From positions 1 through 64,000 of the IMG/VR virus record IMGVR_UViG_3300050011_000393: a stretch of DNA of 64,000 bases; one strand, written 5' to 3'. This document shows, piece by piece, positions 63,522 through 64,000 of the stretch; position 1 is the stretch's first letter, and every line of letters starts with the position of its first letter. The notes under the pieces are model-generated. The model searched no databases, was not told the origin of the DNA, and saw nothing but the letters and a program-made list of their open reading frames with translations. Both the position numbers and the translations under genes were made by a program. Source of the stretch: a virus.

Positions 63522-64000
63522 CTAAAATACGTCATTCTCCTTTCCGCGATGGCGCGGGAATTCGAGTAAGACGGATACGTTGACGCCACCGCCAAGCGCA
63601 GGCCCGCGCTGGCACGTTACGGGTCCGCCGTTCGCGCCGTCGCAGAGAGGGTTGCCCTGGGTTAGCACTCGCCCGAAGACGAAGTCTTCCGAGTTGCGAA
63701 TACAGACCGCGCCAATACAGCCGAAGCGCACGGTGAATCCGAAGTCACCTCCCTGAAGTTGTGGAGTCTCCAGCCCTGTCGGGGACACGCCGTTGTTGAA
63801 TTCGCGGATATACGAAAGCGCAAATCGAGCAGGGAGCCCGCCCACAATGCCTCGATAGATGATGCCACCGAAAGCGTAGTCACCATCTTTTGAAATTTTG
63901 GTCACGTTGTATGACGAATCCTCGACGCGGCCAGTAAGACCCAAGGACGGAGTAAACCAGATATTTCCGCCCACGGATGCCAGGTTCGCGCGCCCGCCAC
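63522..64000 (-). CDS. Partial ORF, possible beta-barrel membrane protein
   Basis: Open to window edge; alternating hydrophobic beta strands. Confidence 0.4.
   Translation of the reverse strand, partial: GGRANLASVGGNIWFTPSLGLTGRVEDSSYNVTKISKDGDYAFGGIIYRGIVGGLPARFALSYIREFNNGVSPTGLETPQLQGGDFGFTVRFGCIGAVCIRNSEDFVFGRVLTQGNPLCDGANGGPVTCQRGPALGGGVNVSVLLEFPRHRGKENDVF

Overview
The window is a 64-kb section of a tailed dsDNA bacteriophage or prophage, probably podovirus-like. It has a major capsid protein, tail and fibre genes and ejection-protein-like genes, with no sheath or tape measure recognised; terminase and portal are not in the window. It also carries a replication/recombination module: RecA, a MazG/dNTP-pyrophosphatase/deoxyribosyltransferase cluster, family-A DNA polymerase, ERF, SSB, an intein-containing UvrD, a PD-(D/E)XK nuclease and a primase-helicase followed by an iteron-like repeat cluster. 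Other content includes a GH108 endolysin, two glycosyltransferases, three tRNAs, about 11 free-standing HNH/EndoVII/GIY-YIG endonuclease genes, secreted Ig/FN3 proteins and a minimal tyrosine recombinase. The most notable observations are: (1) a 1917-aa polyvalent protein gene hides three small SD-led genes in its +1 frame, each directly behind a predicted enzymatic domain, an effector/nested-inhibitor-like layout; (2) a circularly permuted two-piece tmRNA; (3) a sigma-region-4-like/HTH/NusG fusion protein; (4) two genome-wide cis motifs, GACT-N8-CATAAGT (likely phage late promoter) and a LexA-box-like GTAC-N4-GTAC operator. All family assignments come from motif recognition by eye, not from database searches.
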